Of a stretch of 64,000 nucleotides of DNA, positions 1-12,680 are shown piece by piece (the first letter of the stretch is position 1; every line of letters starts with the position of its first letter). The DNA is from Lama glama (taxonomy: Eukaryota), in NCBI GenBank assembly GCA_028534125.1, contig CM052816.1, forward strand, positions 74,588,001 through 74,652,000. Reading direction: 5' to 3'. Below the pieces are notes generated by a model, which saw only the letters and a list, made by a program, of their open reading frames with translations, did no database searches and was not told the DNA's origin. Position numbers and translations under genes: made by a program.

Positions 1-149
1 GGCATATGAAAACTGAGAGCTTACTACCTAAATATTCTAATTTAACTAATTAATAAAGGAGATATTTTTTCCAAGAAGACAAAAATCATCATAAATAAAT
101 ACTGAAAATTTTGTCTCTTAAAAAAAAAAAGATTCTCTTCCAATTATTC

Positions 150-1580
150 CAGTTATTATCCCTGTAATTATTGACCCATTTCTCTTCTTCCTTTTAAGGT
201 AAAATTTTTGAAGGAATTGAACTACATTTTTATTTCAATTCATCTTTGTCCATTTTCTTAAACATACTCAGATCAGGCTTTAAACCCCTACCACTCCAAA
301 TGAAAAAGATTTTGTTCTGGTCATTTTAGACTTTCATATTGCTAAATCTAGTGACTACATCATAATCATCTCATTTGACCTATTAACAACATAAGACACA
401 GTGGCTCACTTTCAAAACACTCCTTGATATTTGGACAATATTCTCCATTGATTTTCCCACCCTACTAGGCACTTCATCTTGGTCTGTTTTGCTGGGTCCT
501 CTTCATTTTCTCAACCACATAACATTGGAAAACCCCCAAGGATTTCTCCTCTCCTCTTTTCTCTGTCTACACTTACTCCCTAGGTGACCTCATTCAGAAT
601 TATGACATTAATATCATTGATGACTATGCTCTCAAAATATAATTTCAATTCAAACCTCTTCTTGAACTACAGGCTCATATATCCAATTGAGAATTCCCTT
701 GAGTGTTTGATAGGAATCTCAAACTTATAAATCTATAACTAAACTTCTGACTTTATCCTTTTAACCTGCTCATTCCACACCTCAATCATTTCAGTCAATA
801 TCACATTCATCCTCCGAGATCCTCAGGCCTTTCATTCATACTCCTGACCAATCCATCAACTAATTCTCTTAGACACACCTTCAAATTATATCCAGAATGT
901 GATCACCTTTTTACTATCTCCATATTTATCTCCCTCATCCAAGCCACTGATATTTCTTATCTAGATTATTATAATACTCTCTTAATTGGTTTACATGCTT
1001 CTTGTCTTGAATCTCCTTATCTCCAAAATACACTAGCCACCCACCAAGATGTTGATCTCGCTAAAATAAGAGTATGCCAAGTCTTTGTTCAAGACCCTCC
1101 AATGATATCCCATCTCATTTAGAGTAAATGCCAAAATGCCTACAGTGGTCTGAAAGACTTGCTTGATTTCCTTCAACCCTCATCCCCACTCTCACCCACT
1201 ATCTCTGCCTCCATCCACCACCATTATTTTTTTGCTCATTCTGCGCCAACAACATCTGACTGTTCGATGTTTCTTGCAGCCCCCACGTAGCATGTGCTAT
1301 TTTCTCTGCATAGGATACTTTTTCCCCAGACTTCCTTCAAGTATCCATTCAAATATCTCTTTTTCTGTGAGCTCTTTCCTGATAACCTATATCAATATTA
1401 ACCCTTACACTTTTGTTTTTGTCCATAGCATTTATCTTCATTTAATATATCATATATTTAGTTGTTACTTTTTTCCCCTCTCTCCTCTTACTAGAATATC
1501 AACTATATGAGTTCAGGGACTTTGTCTATTTTGTTCACTGCTGTAGGCACATAGTAAGGATTTATTATGTGAATAAATAA
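150..1580 (+). mobile_element. LINE-2 (L2a-like) relic, 3' portion
   Basis: L2-type motifs throughout (ATTGCTAAATCTAGTG, CTCATTTGACC, CACTCCCTAGGTGACCTCATTCAG, ATCTCAAACTT) ending in the typical 3' end TTTTGTTCACTGCTG..GGCACATAGTAAG..GTGAATAAATAA. Confidence 0.85.
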
Positions 1581-2481
1581 GTGGTGAGAAAAGAAGGTAA
1601 AATGTGGGCTAATATTCAACTAAATATTGCTTGTAAAAACAATATTGACCACATTTCCTATTGATGAAAAAAGATGAAAATAAATTTTAGAAAATAAAAA
1701 TATGGAAAATAGTTGGCATTATCTCAAAGGACAATTGAAATGGGCTAGATTTGCTGCTCTGTTAGAAGGATAGACTGCGTGTGGAATGAGAACACTAATG
1801 GTCCTCACTGTGGGTGTGAGCCGCCTGACGGAGGGGCCACGGACATGTGGGCACGTGCTGAGCACAGACAGGGCGGTCACTGCAGGCTTCTGTCGCCTCA
1901 AGGATTAGCAGGGCCGTGTAGGGACCCACACCAGTGAGGAGCGGGGGGTCACACCCCAGTAGAGCGCCTAGGAAGGGAGAGAGAGGCTGAGCCTGACCAT
2001 AACTCTTAGAAAAGTGAAAGGCCTCACAGAGTTTAGGAAACAGGAGATGGAGACGCCTAGGCTTACGAAGATGTTTTCAGTCTCAACAGGCAGAAGATGG
2101 AGAGTCCTTTTTCTTAGATAATTACTGTTCTTGAAATAAAATGAAAGGAAAACCTTTGCACTTTTAGCTTTTCAAAAACCCATTTCTGGAAATCATTTAA
2201 ATCAGTACTTAGAAACAAGTCTACCAAAATATGCTTTAAGGCTTTCTTCAAAAAAACCAAAAAACAAAACCCAAAAGTGATGTAGTAATACATCCCATTC
2301 AAGAAAGATTTAGACCAGAAATGCAAGGATAATTCATCATCAGGAAGGTCAATGCATTCTGCACTAGCAATTTTAGAGGTAATCAAATGGTTACTCAAAC
2401 AAACAGAAGACCATTGTTTATAATTTACACTTATTTATGATAAATTCTCTTAATAAAGTAGAAATAGAGGACAATTTTCTT

Positions 2482-2748
2482 TTTTTATAAACTTTTTTTG
2501 ATTTATAATCATTTTACAATGTGTCAAATTCCAGTGTAGAGCACAATTTTTCAGTTATACATGAACATATATATATTCATTGTCACATTTTTTTCTCTGT
2601 GAGCTACCATAAGATCGTGTATATGTTTCCCTGTGCTATACAGTATAATCTTGTTTATCTATTCTACAATTTTGAAATCCCAGTCTATCCCTTCCCACAC
2701 CCCACCCCCTTGGCAACCACAAGTTTGTACTCTATGTCTATGAGTCTA
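2482..2748 (-). mobile_element. 5'-truncated young L1 3' end with target-site duplication
   Basis: Poly-T then L1 3' UTR; TSD AGAAATAGAGGACAATTTTCTT (2460-2481) versus AGAAATAGAGAACAGTTTTCTT (2749-2770), 20/22 identical; same 3' UTR type as 39335-39493 and 47928-48245. Confidence 0.9.
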
Positions 2749-3321
2749 AGAAATAGAGAACAGTTTTCTTAATCTGACAAAAATGTCACCCCAAAATCTA
2801 TACCTAAGACCATATTTCAAATGAAATTTTTGAAGCCCTCTCACTATAATGATGTAAATATTCTTATCACAAAGGTATAGTATTTACCTGGCATGGTATC
2901 TTGTAAGGACAGGAAAGTTGAGGTCAACAGAAAAAAAAAAGGCCAAAAAAATCCAAAGCATATATGAGATCTTAGTATACAACAGAGAAAACAATACAAA
3001 CTATGAAGAAATAATGGGGTTTTTTTAGTAAAAGGGGTTGACTAGTTTTTCATATGGGAAAAAAAAGATTCATGCTTTTCACCATACACATGCATTAATC
3101 CCACATAAATTAAAAGTCTACATATTTAAAACAAAACTTTCAAAAGTAAATTAAAATCTCTTTGGAGTATAGGAGGAGGTAATATAAAATGTAGCCATGG
3201 AGGAGGAAGTGATTTCTTAAGCAAGGCACAAAAAGTAGAACAATAAAAGAAATTTAACTATACCCAAAACTTTAAATTATCTGTGTTATAAGATGTCATA
3301 AAAATTAAAATGCAATCAACA

Positions 3322-3480
3322 TATGATGGAAAAGAATCTGAAAATATATGTGTGTGTGTATATATACATTATATATAAAACTCATATATATAATAATTAT
3401 TTATATGTATATAAATATATATATATAACTGCATCACTTTGCTGAAACTAACATTGTAAATCAACTACACTTCAATAAAA
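3322..3480 (+). mobile_element. Short L1 3' end with (TG)/(TA) tract
   Basis: GGAAAAGAATCTGAAAA..TAACTG..CATTGTAAATCAACTACACTTCAATAAAA terminal motif. Confidence 0.8.
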
Positions 3481-3767
3481 ACAAACTTATGGTTACTGAG
3501 CGGGGAGGGGATGGGAAGGGATAAATTGGGAGTTTGAGATTTGCTGATACTAACTACTAAATATAAAATACACAACAAGTTTCTACTGTAAAGCATAGGG
3601 AACTATATTCAATATCTTGTAATAAACTATAATGAAAAAGAATATGAAAAGGAATACATGTATGTATATGTATGACTGAAACATTGTACTGTACACCAGA
3701 AATTGACACATTGTAAACTGACTATACTTCAATAAAAATACATTTAAAAAAATTAAGTTAAATTAAA
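3481..3767 (+). mobile_element. Second L1 3' end directly abutting the previous one
   Basis: ACAAACTTATGGTTAC..GGGAACTATATTCAATATCTTGTAATA..ACTATACTTCAATAAAA and A-rich tail. Confidence 0.9.
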
Positions 3768-4391
3768 AAAATGCAGTGGACAGATGAGGCAAAATTTTCC
3801 AAGCATAATAAAGAATTAGTTACACATGTATTAAGAAATATAAACATATATTAAGAAACATATACATTACACTCATATATATACACACAGATGTTTCTAT
3901 AAATCAATAAAAAGAACAGACAAGAAAAGAATGGACAAAGAGTAGAAAGAGAATTCAGGGAGGAGGAAATACAAATGGCCTGGTAAAAATGTTCAATTTT
4001 ATAAAGGATGAGTCATGAAAATTAAAGCAATGAGAGAGTGATTCATATCCATCAACGCACAAATAATTAAATCTGATAATAATAAAGTTCTGGCAGGAAC
4101 TTGGGGAAGTGAGGGCTCTGGCACATTGCCGGGAAGAGTGTGAATTGGTTGTGTAATTTGGAGAGCAACCTGGCAATATCTCCCAGACACAAAAATGTGT
4201 ATGTCCTATGACATGACAAGTCCACTGTCCACTCCAGAGAAACTCTGTCACATGTGTCCTCGGGGAAATGTATAAGGGTATTTATTCTATTATCACTTAT
4301 TTCAGTAAGACAATTGAATCAATTCAAATTCCAATCAGCATGGAAATGGATAAATAGTGATATTTTTGTAAGATGGAGTAATATACAGCAA

Positions 4392-4754
4392 TTATCTATT
4401 TTATATATAGTAGTTTGTATCTGCTAATCCCAAACTCCTAATTTATCCCTCCCTGAACCCCTCTCCTTTGGTAACTGTAAGTTTGTTTTCTATGTCTGTG
4501 AGTCTGCTTCTGTTTTGTAAATAAGGTCATTTGTATCTTTTTTTAGATTCCACATGTAAGTGATATCATTTGATATTTGCCTTTGACTTACAAGGTCCTA
4601 CTGTATAGCACAGAGTACTATGTTCAATAGCTTGTAATAGCCTATAATGAAAAAGAATATATATATACACACACACACATATAACTGAATCACTATGCTG
4701 TACACCAGAAACTAATACAACATTGTGAATCAACTGTACTTCAACTAAAAAAAA
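4392..4754 (+). mobile_element. 5'-inverted L1 3' end (inverted part 4392-4589, sense part 4590-4754)
   Basis: Minus-strand L1 3' UTR segment joined to the next-downstream L1 segment on the plus strand, ending in poly-A; collinear uninverted copies at 5239-5700 and 41832-42444 show the original order. Confidence 0.88.
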
Positions 4755-5152
4755 TGAACTAGGGTAAGATAACAACTAACTTCTGAAAAAAAAGATGTTT
4801 GATAATAAAAATAGCAATTGCCAGAACACCACAGTCCACACTTAGAGTAAAATATATGTACATTCAAAATATGCAAATAATTTCATTCATGTATGTAATA
4901 AGCATGTTTCCTATGTGTAGTAAGATTTAAAAGTATAAAAATAGGATTGCACAAACGCCAAAATATGACATTTGTATCCTCTGGAGTGGTGGAGAGCAGG
5001 GTGAGATTGGGGAAGCCATAACTGGGGACTTCCCATTTGTCTGTATAGTTTGTTTTTTTACAAACAACAGCTGTGAAGCACATATGGGGAAACATTTACA
5101 TTTGATGCATACACCTTGGTGGCAGGTACCTGTGTATTTATTGTAGCATCCT

Positions 5153-5154
5153 TA

Positions 5155-5189
<35 letters not shown>

Positions 5190-5199
5190 AAACGTAACA

Positions 5200-5238
<39 letters not shown>
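5153..5238. repeat. (TC)n(TA)n compound microsatellite
   Basis: Directly visible dinucleotide runs. Confidence 0.95.
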
Positions 5239-5241
<3 letters not shown>

Positions 5242-5700
5242 TACTATTCAGCCATAAAAAAGCATAAAAGAATGCCATTTACAGCAACATGGATGGAACT
5301 GGAGATCGTCATTCTAAGTGAAGTAAGCCAGAAAGAGAAAGAAAAATACCATATGATATCACTTATATGTGGAATCTTAAAAAATGACACAAATGAACTT
5401 ATTTACAAAACAGAAACAGATTCACAGACATAGAAAACAAACTTATGGTTCCCAGAGGGGAAACGGGTGGGGAGGGATAAATTTGGAGTCCGGGATTAGC
5501 AGATACTAACTACTGTCTATAAAATAGATAAACAACAAGGTCCTACTGTATAGTCCAGGGAACTATTTCAATCCCTTGTAATAGCCTATAATGAAAAAGA
5601 ATATGAAAAGAAATACATATACAACTGAAACACTATGTTGTACCTCAGAAATTATCCCATTGTAAACTGACTATACTTCAATAAAATTTTTTTTAAAAAA
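5239..5700 (+). mobile_element. L1 3' end (ORF2 terminus and 3' UTR)
   Basis: GAATACTATTCAGCCATAAAAA..GCAACATGGATGGAACTGGAG..ACTATACTTCAATAAAA. Confidence 0.92.
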
Positions 5701-8269
5701 CCCAATATAAAACAAAGTAAATCAGAGAGTTCTAAATCTACATCCCTGCCCGGAGCCAGCACTGACAAGCCCGTAAGTATTCTGCAGATAGAAAGCCAAA
5801 GGGAGGCGCTAGTGACTCACTACCCACAGGGTATCCATCCCTGAGACAACACTGAGAGGCGAGGACTGGAACAATCACTCAGGTGAGTTCCAGGCACTGC
5901 ATCCACGACTGTCACTCCCACATCCACCCCACACACACCACCACAGCTTAACAGCTGACCCTCAGCAGACTCTTATGAGACGGAAGGGGAACTTTCTCAG
6001 TCCCAGTTTTTAGGCTGAGAAACATTTTCTTCATAGATTCCAGAGAAAAGCCACAGAACGGACCTTCCAAGAAGAAAAGCCAATCACATGTGATGCTGCG
6101 TAAGCCAGGTCCTGTCACAAGGCTTCCCAGTGGTCTGGTGCCAGCAGAGGCCAATTAAAGCAAAAAAAAAAAAAAACAAAAAAAACTGTACTTCTCACCA
6201 GCTTTCGAGAAGCAAGCTAATTTGCGTGCATCAGCACTCCAGGGGGAAGCACTATCTGATTTAGGGGCATAATGACTAATAAATGGTTCTCCATCTCTTT
6301 CCCTGGAAGTCACACATACTGCAAGACAAGACCTTGGTAGGCTGGACCAGGAGTCTCGTTTGTCTCGCAACAAACTCTCAGTGAAAGGGCTGGTTCATTT
6401 TACTCAAGTGGACCGTTGGGAAACCCGCTAGCAAATACCCATTAAAACAGGAATCAAAACATTTCACACACTGCAGTGTGATTCAGTTGGTTGGGAAACA
6501 TCAAAGTAATATAGTAACCATATAAGAACAGCACAAGCAGAAGCCCTGCACAGGACACAGTGATCCAGGGTGAACTTCATACGTCTGTGGTCATCTCAGT
6601 TCCTAAGTGCAGATGCAGCAGAATGCCACGCTCACTGCCTCAAATGATGACAGAGAATATCCTGAGAAAGTCGGTAACTACTTTTCCTGATTTTACTTTT
6701 AAAAACTCATATAACTATTCCAAGTAGGCTTCTGGGTATATTTCCATGTACACAGAAGTGTTTCCCTTACATTTAGTCTGCATGTCATATAGTAACACCC
6801 TCCCACAAGCATTTTTCTAAAGAGTTGGTCAGAACAGCTTCAACGGCAGCTCTAGAAACACTCTGCTTAGCTGTTCTTATTGAAAGAGATGAAAAAATCA
6901 AGAGAATAGGTGACTTAGATTGTGCCAATAATCTGTCTCTGAAAATGACACAGCTTGTGCAAAACTGGCACGTCTAACACATTAACAAAAGATGTCACGC
7001 TAGGAGACATTTCTATAACCCCAACTGAGTTGTATCCATATCCAAAAAAATTTTTAAACTCCTGGGACTTTACTTTCAGTTACTTTTTTTTTCCCTTGGA
7101 AAATAAAGCTTTTTATTCTTTGAGTTCATGTTGTTCCCACTTTAAAGCAAAACGGCAGAGTAGGCAGTAGATTAGATAAGAACATCCTGGCTGCCACTGA
7201 ATTTCACCCGTGGCTCATCTTGTTCTTTTAACTAAACTGGCAACGTGAATGATTTTCTAAGACAGTGTGGACCTTTTCTTCCAGGACAGTAATTTCAGAG
7301 TTACGTGCTCCCATTCATTCCTAGCTGTTTGACTGTCTGAGTCTTCCTGATAAGGCTCAGGTTTTTGTCAATTATTTCTAAAATTGAAACACTACATGGC
7401 AATTTTTCTTCTTCCATCGGAATTTTAACTTTTGTGGGTTGTAGCCAGTGTTCAAAAGAGATTAAGTTCACACTTGCTCTCTAGTGTTAATTCTACACTT
7501 AGCTTGTTTCAGGTGAAGAACATGCGGCCAGCATAATCAACTTAGGAGAGATGTACTGAAGAGTTCCTTTTTCTTTTGGTCCTGAGAATGGATTTTTGGC
7601 TTCATTTTTAGTTGATAATGGAGTATTTAAAAATTAGATCCAAAAAAAGTCATAGATCTTTTATCTGCCGGATGGAAGGGATGACCAGCGAGAATGTACT
7701 ATATATGCCCACGCTGGGCAAGTAGGATATTTCTATCGTAGATCTGAAGCCCGCTGAAGCCTCCAACAAGCAGGAACTAAGTGACCCACCCAAGGGTTAG
7801 GCTGTGTCCCTGGGAACAGGCTTCAGGAGTGCGGGTGCAGAACATCCGCTTTCACGCAGACTGCCCAACTCAAAACTGGCCAGGCGGATTCACCTTCAGG
7901 ACTCAGACATTTGTGTAGTTGTAGAAGGTCAGCAAATGGGCCAAAGCTGCCTTTTCTGCTGGTCAAGGATCACAGAGCTGTCATCTCTAATGCTGAGAAA
8001 ATGAGATGGCCAGGACTTCAAGAAGTAAAGGGAGATTTGTACTGATGTATATACTTGCATATACATTTCGCAGTATTTATCCTCTGTGACCTGTGGCATC
8101 ATTAGATATTGCTCCTAATTCCACACTGAGACCACCCAGACTAAATCTCATTACAATGAAACTCCATTGGATGCTCCACTTAATTTGTGTTCTAGACAGA
8201 TACCACTCCTTTAAGAGATACTACTCTGTGAAGGGGTTTTGTTGTGGTCAGAACCCAGAGTTCATCTGT

Positions 8270-8790
8270 ATCTCTGCTCACTTTACGGACCATTACCACA
8301 CACTCCTCAACAGTCTCCTTGTTTTCTGACTGGTCTCCAATCCATCACGCACTTTCCTGCCAGGAATCTTAAGTCCATCTCTGAACATAACATTTTCTTG
8401 TTTAGCGTTCCTGAATGACTTCCCATTGCTTCCCTGAGTCCTTGGCTGGCAATCAAGACCCCTCCAAACTGGTCCTGGTCTATCTTTCATGCTACACTCT
8501 GCTCCATTCAATTTGTTACATGATGTGCCCCAACCTGTAATCTGGGCTCCATACCACCTGGAGCACCCTCTGTTTTCCCTTCTCTCCAGCTCTTTTTTGA
8601 CTCGTGGTAAGACCTACCAAGCCCTGCTGTCTCTTCCTCCAGAAAGTTCCTCCATCACTGAATCCAGGGGGATCTGAAGCTCCACAGCACTTGGTCACTC
8701 TCTTGCTCAGCTGCTCACAGCTTGGCTGACGGTGAGCTATAAACTATCTTCTTTTTACAAAACTATAAATTCCTTTAGGACAGTAGAGGC
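8270..8790 (+). mobile_element. Decayed L2 fragment
   Basis: ACAGTCTCCT..CTGGTCTCC, GACTTCCCATTGC, ACTATAAATTCCTTTAGGACAG motifs; weak match. Confidence 0.5.
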
Positions 8791-8834
8791 TTAAGAGATA
8801 TATTTGGGAGAAAACAATAGTAAGAAATACGTTT

Positions 8835-8944
8835 GGGAGGAAAGGGTAATAGCTTAGTGGTAGAGTGTGTGCTTAGCATGCACGAGGTCCTGGGCTCAAT
8901 CCCCAGCACCTCCATCATAAAGGAAAAAAAGAGGGTTTAAAAAA
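8835..8944 (+). mobile_element. tRNA-Ala-derived short SINE (camelid vic-1 type)
   Basis: A box TAGCTTAGTGG, anticodon-like GCTTAGCATGC, B box GGCTCAATCC, A-rich tail; imperfect TSD AAGAAATACGTTTGG / AAGAAATATTTGG. Confidence 0.88.
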
Positions 8945-10812
8945 AGAAATATTTGGTGTTAAATTGACACTGTTCAATATTGGAAAGGATGCCAATAAAT
9001 TTAATCATTTGGTTTATAAAACCAAGTAAATTTTTAAATTATCCAGAGCTTTTCAGCTTGGCATTCTTATTCCCCAGTGCCAGAAGGGAGAGATCGAAGG
9101 CTTCAGAAGCAAGGCTTTATTTGTGCCTCCTTTATTATCTTGCATAATGCCTGGAAAATTATAGGCCCTTAATACTCTGTCTCCTCTAGCAAATCGTCCT
9201 TGGTGGAATAGAAGCATAGCTAACCACCTCATCACAAGGTGCATGATCTTTGAGTTTTGACACCCTTTTTTATAATGGGAGAAATAACCTTAGCAATGAG
9301 AAAAGTTGCCCAGCCAGCAACCACAATGGCAACCCACTTTGGCAGCTAACAGAGAACAATGATGATTACACATCACGCTGTTTTTCAGGATAAGCTGAGA
9401 GTAGCTGGGGTGGGGGCACTTTTTAATCTGTCATTTCAAGATCGGAGAAAAACGTTTTCACATTTAGCAGATTTATGTTGACCGCCATAGCTAGTAGTGT
9501 TGCCAGGGTGAAAAATAAGTGATAAGGTGATGGAAGACCAACCTATTAAGACTGAATTTATCTGTATTTACATTGTCACTTTTAAGCTTCAAATAGAAAA
9601 CGCCTTTGATCAAGATATTTCAACAGATTGCTGAAAACATTATCTGTGCCATTTCTTCTGGTAAGTACTAGCATGAGCAAATTTCTTACATAATGGATGA
9701 GAAAAAAAATTTTTGATATATGAATGTTTTTTCTTCTTGTGTGGACAGAAATTTGGCAGTCAGCATGCATCACCCTTTACACACATAGTGGCTCAATCAA
9801 CCACTGGCCTTTTCTTACAAATCTGGTCATCTGTGTCCCCTTAATGGCATAATGATAGACATGTTTTCCTACGTGCAATACAAACTGTGCAACAATAGAG
9901 TGTTTGTTTTGGCCCACTGACTTTGAACAAAGGTGCCATCTATGGTCCCCCTTCAAAAACTCCTGCTTATCAATTCATAACACCCAAAAAGTCAAGCTGA
10001 GAAAAACCCTGACTTTAGTCTTTCCTTTGGCTGAAAATCTTTAATTTGGAGAATGCAAATAAGTCTTTCAAAATTATTTTTAAATAGCTGAGAGAATTCA
10101 TGAATATGTCAAAACCTGATCACCCCAAACTATTTCCAAAAATTGTGTTTCATTTTTCTAGTTCTAGAAAAATACATTTTATTTAACTGGAAGTTTCAAC
10201 CTACGAAACATCTTCTCTTTTAAAAAAAAGTCAGTTTTTTTTCTTGTCCTTACTTGGTTTTCCCAGCAAAGCATAAATAAATACATAAATAAGTAATGAA
10301 ATCAGCCAGAGTATTACAAAAAATGTGTGCCTAAAGTGTCTTCAGTGACCTGATTTTTAACTTGACGGGCTCTTTGACAGATGAAAAGCATTACTAGGAG
10401 AAACTGTAAAGTTTTTAAGATGTGTTGGAAAAGTTTCAGAGAAGATCTACAGCATAAATAACGCTATAAACCTGAAACAACAGTCTAAATTATACCGAAG
10501 CCAGAGCATCGGATGCCCAGAAGGCCTAGAATAAGAAATATGGATTAAATCCTGAAAGATAACTGGTCCCAGCAACTGCAGCTTTACCTATGGACCAAAG
10601 GGAGCCTATATCAGAGATGTCAGCCTTTAATCTGAACAACACGGATATATATATTCCCGGTGTCCACTGCTCCCCAAGGAAAGAGAACGTTTGGGTTGGC
10701 GCCAAGGCAAAGGCACCTGAAGATCAGCTAAGGTTCTTACAAGAAGTTTTCTCCAGGCAGAGAGCATAATATGACTTTTTTTCATTTCCTTAGTTTTCCA
10801 AGTGTCTATCAA

Positions 10813-11268
10813 TTTTTTTAATTTTGAATTTTTTATTGAAGTATAGTTGATTTACAATGTTGGCTTCCAGTGTACAGTAAAGTGATTCAGTTATACATGT
10901 ACATACATACATATTTTTCTTTTCAATTATATGTTATTACAAGAAATTGAATATAGTCCCCTGTCCTATACAGTAGGTCCTTGTTTATCTATTTTATATA
11001 TAGTAATGTGTGTCTGTTAATCTCAAACTCCCAATTTATCCCTCTCCCACCCTTTCCTGTTTGGTAACCATAGTTTGTTTTCTATGTCCTTGAGTCTGTT
11101 TTTGGTTTATAAATAGAATTTATATCATTTTTTTTTAGATTCCACAAGTAAATGATGTCATGTAATATTTGTCTTTCTTTACTTACTTTACTTAGTATGA
11201 TAATCCCTAGGTCCATCCCCATTGCTGCAAATGGCATTATTTCATTTTTTATGGCTGAGTAATATTCC

Positions 11269-11327
<59 letters not shown>

Positions 11328-12208
11328 CTATCTCATATCTTCTTTATCCAGTCATCTGTCAAAGAACATTTAGGTTGCTTCCATGTCTTGGCTATTGTAA
11401 ACAGTGCTGCTATGAACACTAGGGTGCAAGTGTATTTTTGAATTACAGTTTTCTCTGGATATTTGCCCAGGAGTGGGATTGCTGGATCATATGGTAAATT
11501 TATTTTTAATTTTTTAAGGAACCTCCATACTGTTCTCTGTAATGGCTATACCAATTTACATTCCCACTAATAGTGCAGGAGGGCTCCCTTTTCTCCACAC
11601 CTTCTCTAGCATTTATTATTTGTATTATTTGTAGGCCATTCTGACTGGTGTAAGGTGATACTTCATTGTAGTTTTGATTTGCATTTCTCTGATGATTATT
11701 GATACTGAGCATTTTTTCATGTGCCTGTTGGCCATTTGTATGTCTTCATTGGAAAACTGCTTGTTTAGATCTTCTGCCCTTTTTTGGATTGGGTTTTTTT
11801 TTTTTTTTAATATCAAGCTGTACAAGCTATTTGTATATTTTGGAAATTAGTCCCTTGTTGATCATGTCGTTTGCAAATATTTTCTCCTATTCTGTAGGTT
11901 GTCTTTTCATTTTGTTTATAGTTTCCTTTGCTGCACAAAAACTCTTAAATTTAATTAGGTTCTATTTATTTATTTTTGCTTTTGTTTCCATTACCCTAGG
12001 AGTTGGTTTGAAAAAATTAATGCTGCAATTTATGTCAGAGTGTTCTGTCTATGTTTTCCTCCAGGAGTTTTATAGTATCCAGTCTTACATTTAGGTCTTC
12101 AATTCATTTTGAGTTTCTTTTTGTATATGGTGTTAGAGAATGCTCTAATTTCATTCTTTTATATGTGGCTGTCCAGTTTTCCCAGCACCACTTATTGAAG
12201 AGTCTGTT
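10813..12208 (-). mobile_element. 5'-truncated L1 (~1.4 kb, ORF2 C-terminus and 3' UTR) containing a (TG)n tract
   Basis: Minus-strand ORF fragments read as L1 ORF2 C-terminus ([38 protein letters not shown]); poly-T at the left end; frameshifted. Confidence 0.95.
11272..11325. repeat. (TG)n microsatellite inside L1
   Basis: Long uninterrupted TG run. Confidence 0.97.
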
Positions 12209-12234
12209 TCTTGACTACGTCCCTCAGCCTCTGT

Positions 12235-12680
12235 CGTTCATGCATTCAGTCAGTCACTCAGTAAGCATGTGTGAGCATCTATCATACGCCACACACTTTC
12301 TGGGACACCCTTAATCAGCAGTCAAGTTCTTGTATTTCATGGAACTGAGAATTCTAGTGGGGTAGTCAGCTTTGTGGGTCAGGGAAAGTAAGGAAAGTTT
12401 CAATAGAAGTGGGGGGAAAAAAAGCAAAAAAGAAACCATCTGTTGGGATAAATGCTATAAAGCAATGACAACAGAGTGACGAGACAGTGATGGAAGTGGG
12501 GGTAGTTCACTTTATGTAACTGGGTTCGAGAAGACCTTTAGGTTGAGCTGAGACCAGGATGACAATAGGAGCCAGTGATGCCCAGATCTGAGGGCAGAGC
12601 GTTCCAGACAAGGGGGTAGTCAGCTTTGTGGGTCAGGGAACGTAAGGAAAGTCAGTGTGGCTGGAGCCTAGTGAGCTGTC
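12235..12680 (-). mobile_element. L2 relic containing a 40-bp internal direct repeat
   Basis: TTCATGCATTCAGTCAGTCACTCAGTAAGCATGTGTGAGCATCTA (L2 tail, reverse), TTGAGCTGAGACC, GAGCGTTCCAGACA, CAGTGTGGCTGGAGC. Confidence 0.75.

Larger units (their letters stand above)
2200..5150 (+). mobile_element. Old, highly decayed L1M (ORF2 end and 3' UTR), fragmented by younger L1 insertions
   Basis: A-rich strand with L1-like remnants such as GAAATAGAG..TTTTCTTAATCTGAC, GAAATACAAATGGCC, GAGAGCAACCTGGCAATATC, GAAATGGATAAATAGTG; boundaries approximate. Confidence 0.7.

Noticed and set aside
8835..8915. tRNA-Ala gene (also 23839 and 60946)
   Set aside because: Broken stems, A-rich tails and TSDs show these are SINE retrocopies, not functional tRNA genes
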